Source: a bacterium (GTDB taxonomy: Bacteria; Hinthialibacterota; Hinthialibacteria; Hinthialibacterales; Hinthialibacteraceae). Taken from it: a stretch of 64,000 nucleotides of DNA. This document shows positions 62,319 to 64,000 of this stretch, piece by piece. Positions within the stretch are counted from its first letter, which is position 1; each line of letters starts with the position of its first letter. The notes beneath the pieces were generated by a model. The model worked only from the letters and a program-made list of their open reading frames with translations. It searched no databases and was not told the origin of the DNA. A program made the position numbers and the translations under genes. Location: assembly GCA_963663405.2 (NCBI GenBank), contig CAXXSM010000130.1, positions 117,027-181,026 of the forward strand, in the 5' to 3' direction.

Positions 62319-64000
62319 ATGAGAGACAATATTAATTACGTGATAAGAGTTTTATTTTTATGGATTATTTTGGATATTTCATGTCTTTATTCTGAAGCAC
62401 AACAGGTCTTACAAATCGAATGCGGATCGAATGTTTCCGTAGATTGTGACACAGCATATGGAGGGATGGCTATTAGTCTGAGTAATGGCAGTGTGATTTA
62501 TGGAGAAAAAACCTTTACTTCGCCTTATTATTATTTTGATAATTCAAATGGTGTAAATGAAAGCATTAGAATTGCTGTAGAAAAACCATATAATCCTTTA
62601 TCTACTATAGATTCAGATCAATTTGTTGTTGTTGTTTCTGAATATCCAAGTAATAATATACTCTATGTAGCCAATGGCGCATCGGTAGAATATGATGTAG
62701 ATTCAACACAATATCTCATCAGAATTTATTATTTAGAAGAAGATTTTTTTAATTCTAGTAATTCATTTAGTTTCTCGTATAAATTATATTGTGAACCGAT
62801 AATAAAACCAACTCCAACAACAACCCCTACACCGACAATAACTCCAACACCGACAATAACCCCAATTCCTACAATAACCCCAACACCGACTCTGGAAATT
62901 GTTACCAATGTCCAGGCGTCACAACGTACAGATGGATCGTGTATTGTCGATATCAATTACGATTTGGAGCACTCATCAATTGAGCGATTCAATGTTTCTC
63001 TCGCTTTATCTGATAATGATGGCGATTCTTATTCGATAACGCCCCAATCGATTACTGGAGACATAGGTGATGTACAGATTGGGATCCAAAAACACATCGA
63101 ATGGGATGCGGTGAAAGATCTCCCAGGTGTACAGGGAGACAATTTTAACGCGGCAGTGATCGCCAAAGAACCGAGTCAATTTTATGGTATTGTTGGGCCT
63201 TCAGGAGAAGGATTATATGGTCTAGGACTGCTAAGAGGAGCCGCATATTCTCCAGACGGGACAAAAATCTTGACTTGGGGAAGTATTGGATTCTTTGAGT
63301 GGGATGTTCATACAGGTGAGCGGATTAATTCAGTATTCACAGAGTATACATATGATGCATGTTATTCACCGGATGGATTGCTAGTTTTGACCGGATGTGG
63401 CGACAGTACAGCGAAATTGTGGGATGTGGGTACGGGAGATTTGCTACGCACTTTTGAAGGGCATATTTCGAGTGTCGAATCCGTAGCATTTTCGCCGGAT
63501 GGAACGATAGTTTTGACTGGTAGTGTGGATAATACAGCGAAATTGTGGGATGTGGGTACGGGAGATTTACAACGCACTTTCGCTAAGCTTTCTGAGGATA
63601 TCGATTCCGTAGCATTTTCACCGGATGGGACAAAGATTTTAACCACTGGATGTAATAGATATTCAGCGTGTTTGTGGGATTTGAGTTCGAGGGATTTGTT
63701 ACGTTCTTTTGCCAAGGTGAAATCCTTTGCATTTTCCCCGGATGGGACGAAGGTTATAACGGGAAATCGTGACGGTACAGCGCAATTGCGGGATGTGAAC
63801 ACAGGAGTGTTGTTGCGAACTTTCGAGGGGCATACTTCTTTTGTCGACTCCGTGGCATTTTCCCCGGATGAGACGAAGGTTTTGACTGGAAGTTGGGACA
63901 AAACGGCGAAATTATGGGATGCGAACACAGGAGATTTGTTGCGAACTTTCGAGGGGCATACTTCGTTTGTCGACTCCGTGGCATTTTCACCAGATGGGAC
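62319..64000 (+). CDS. Secreted WD40-repeat protein with PT linker, truncated by window edge
   Basis: AGGAG RBS, ATG at 62319, open to the window end; repeats TFEGHTS.VDSVAFSPDG.KVLTGS.D.TAKLWD. Not in the ORF track because it has no stop. Confidence 0.9.
   Translation, partial: MRDNINYVIRVLFLWIILDISCLYSEAQQVLQIECGSNVSVDCDTAYGGMAISLSNGSVIYGEKTFTSPYYYFDNSNGVNESIRIAVEKPYNPLSTIDSDQFVVVVSEYPSNNILYVANGASVEYDVDSTQYLIRIYYLEEDFFNSSNSFSFSYKLYCEPIIKPTPTTTPTPTITPTPTITPIPTITPTPTLEIVTNVQASQRTDGSCIVDINYDLEHSSIERFNVSLALSDNDGDSYSITPQSITGDIGDVQIGIQKHIEWDAVKDLPGVQGDNFNAAVIAKEPSQFYGIVGPSGEGLYGLGLLRGAAYSPDGTKILTWGSIGFFEWDVHTGERINSVFTEYTYDACYSPDGLLVLTGCGDSTAKLWDVGTGDLLRTFEGHISSVESVAFSPDGTIVLTGSVDNTAKLWDVGTGDLQRTFAKLSEDIDSVAFSPDGTKILTTGCNRYSACLWDLSSRDLLRSFAKVKSFAFSPDGTKVITGNRDGTAQLRDVNTGVLLRTFEGHTSFVDSVAFSPDETKVLTGSWDKTAKLWDANTGDLLRTFEGHTSFVDSVAFSPDG

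Overview
Bacterial chromosomal window of moderate GC, with AT-rich intergenic gaps and one clearly low-GC gene (48586-51570). I found no rRNA, tRNA, CRISPR array or transposase. Many genes between about 0.9-6 kb and 15.7-36.3 kb are broken by single-base indels, often in homopolymers, which look like long-read assembly errors rather than pseudogenes. Cell-envelope genes dominate. There are several very large modular secreted proteins (PPC-like repeats, beta-helix repeats, FG-GAP, WD40, Pro/Thr linkers), five GT-C-fold glycosyltransferases, two orphan prepilin-type proteins, two SAM methyltransferases and a polysaccharide deacetylase. Metabolic and regulatory genes include a glycyl-radical enzyme resembling trans-4-hydroxy-L-proline dehydratase HypD with its activase, an ECF sigma/anti-sigma pair, a TPR + AAA ATPase pair, Gfo/Idh/MocA oxidoreductases and a class III aminotransferase. 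The gene style is reminiscent of the Sumerlaeota/OLB16 (Hinthialibacter)-type candidate lineages; this is inference only. The most interesting signal is a possible lineage-specific surface-assembly system. Two unrelated secreted proteins share a cohesin-dockerin-cohesin cassette, two share a short C-terminal T-[ST]-[VI]-x-x-W-x-[LV]-Y tail, and two giant divergent proteins share a ~170-aa C-terminal domain. Also notable are a metallopeptidase with a probable Cys-Gln thioester domain and a His/Asn-periodic coiled coil translationally coupled to a methyltransferase.
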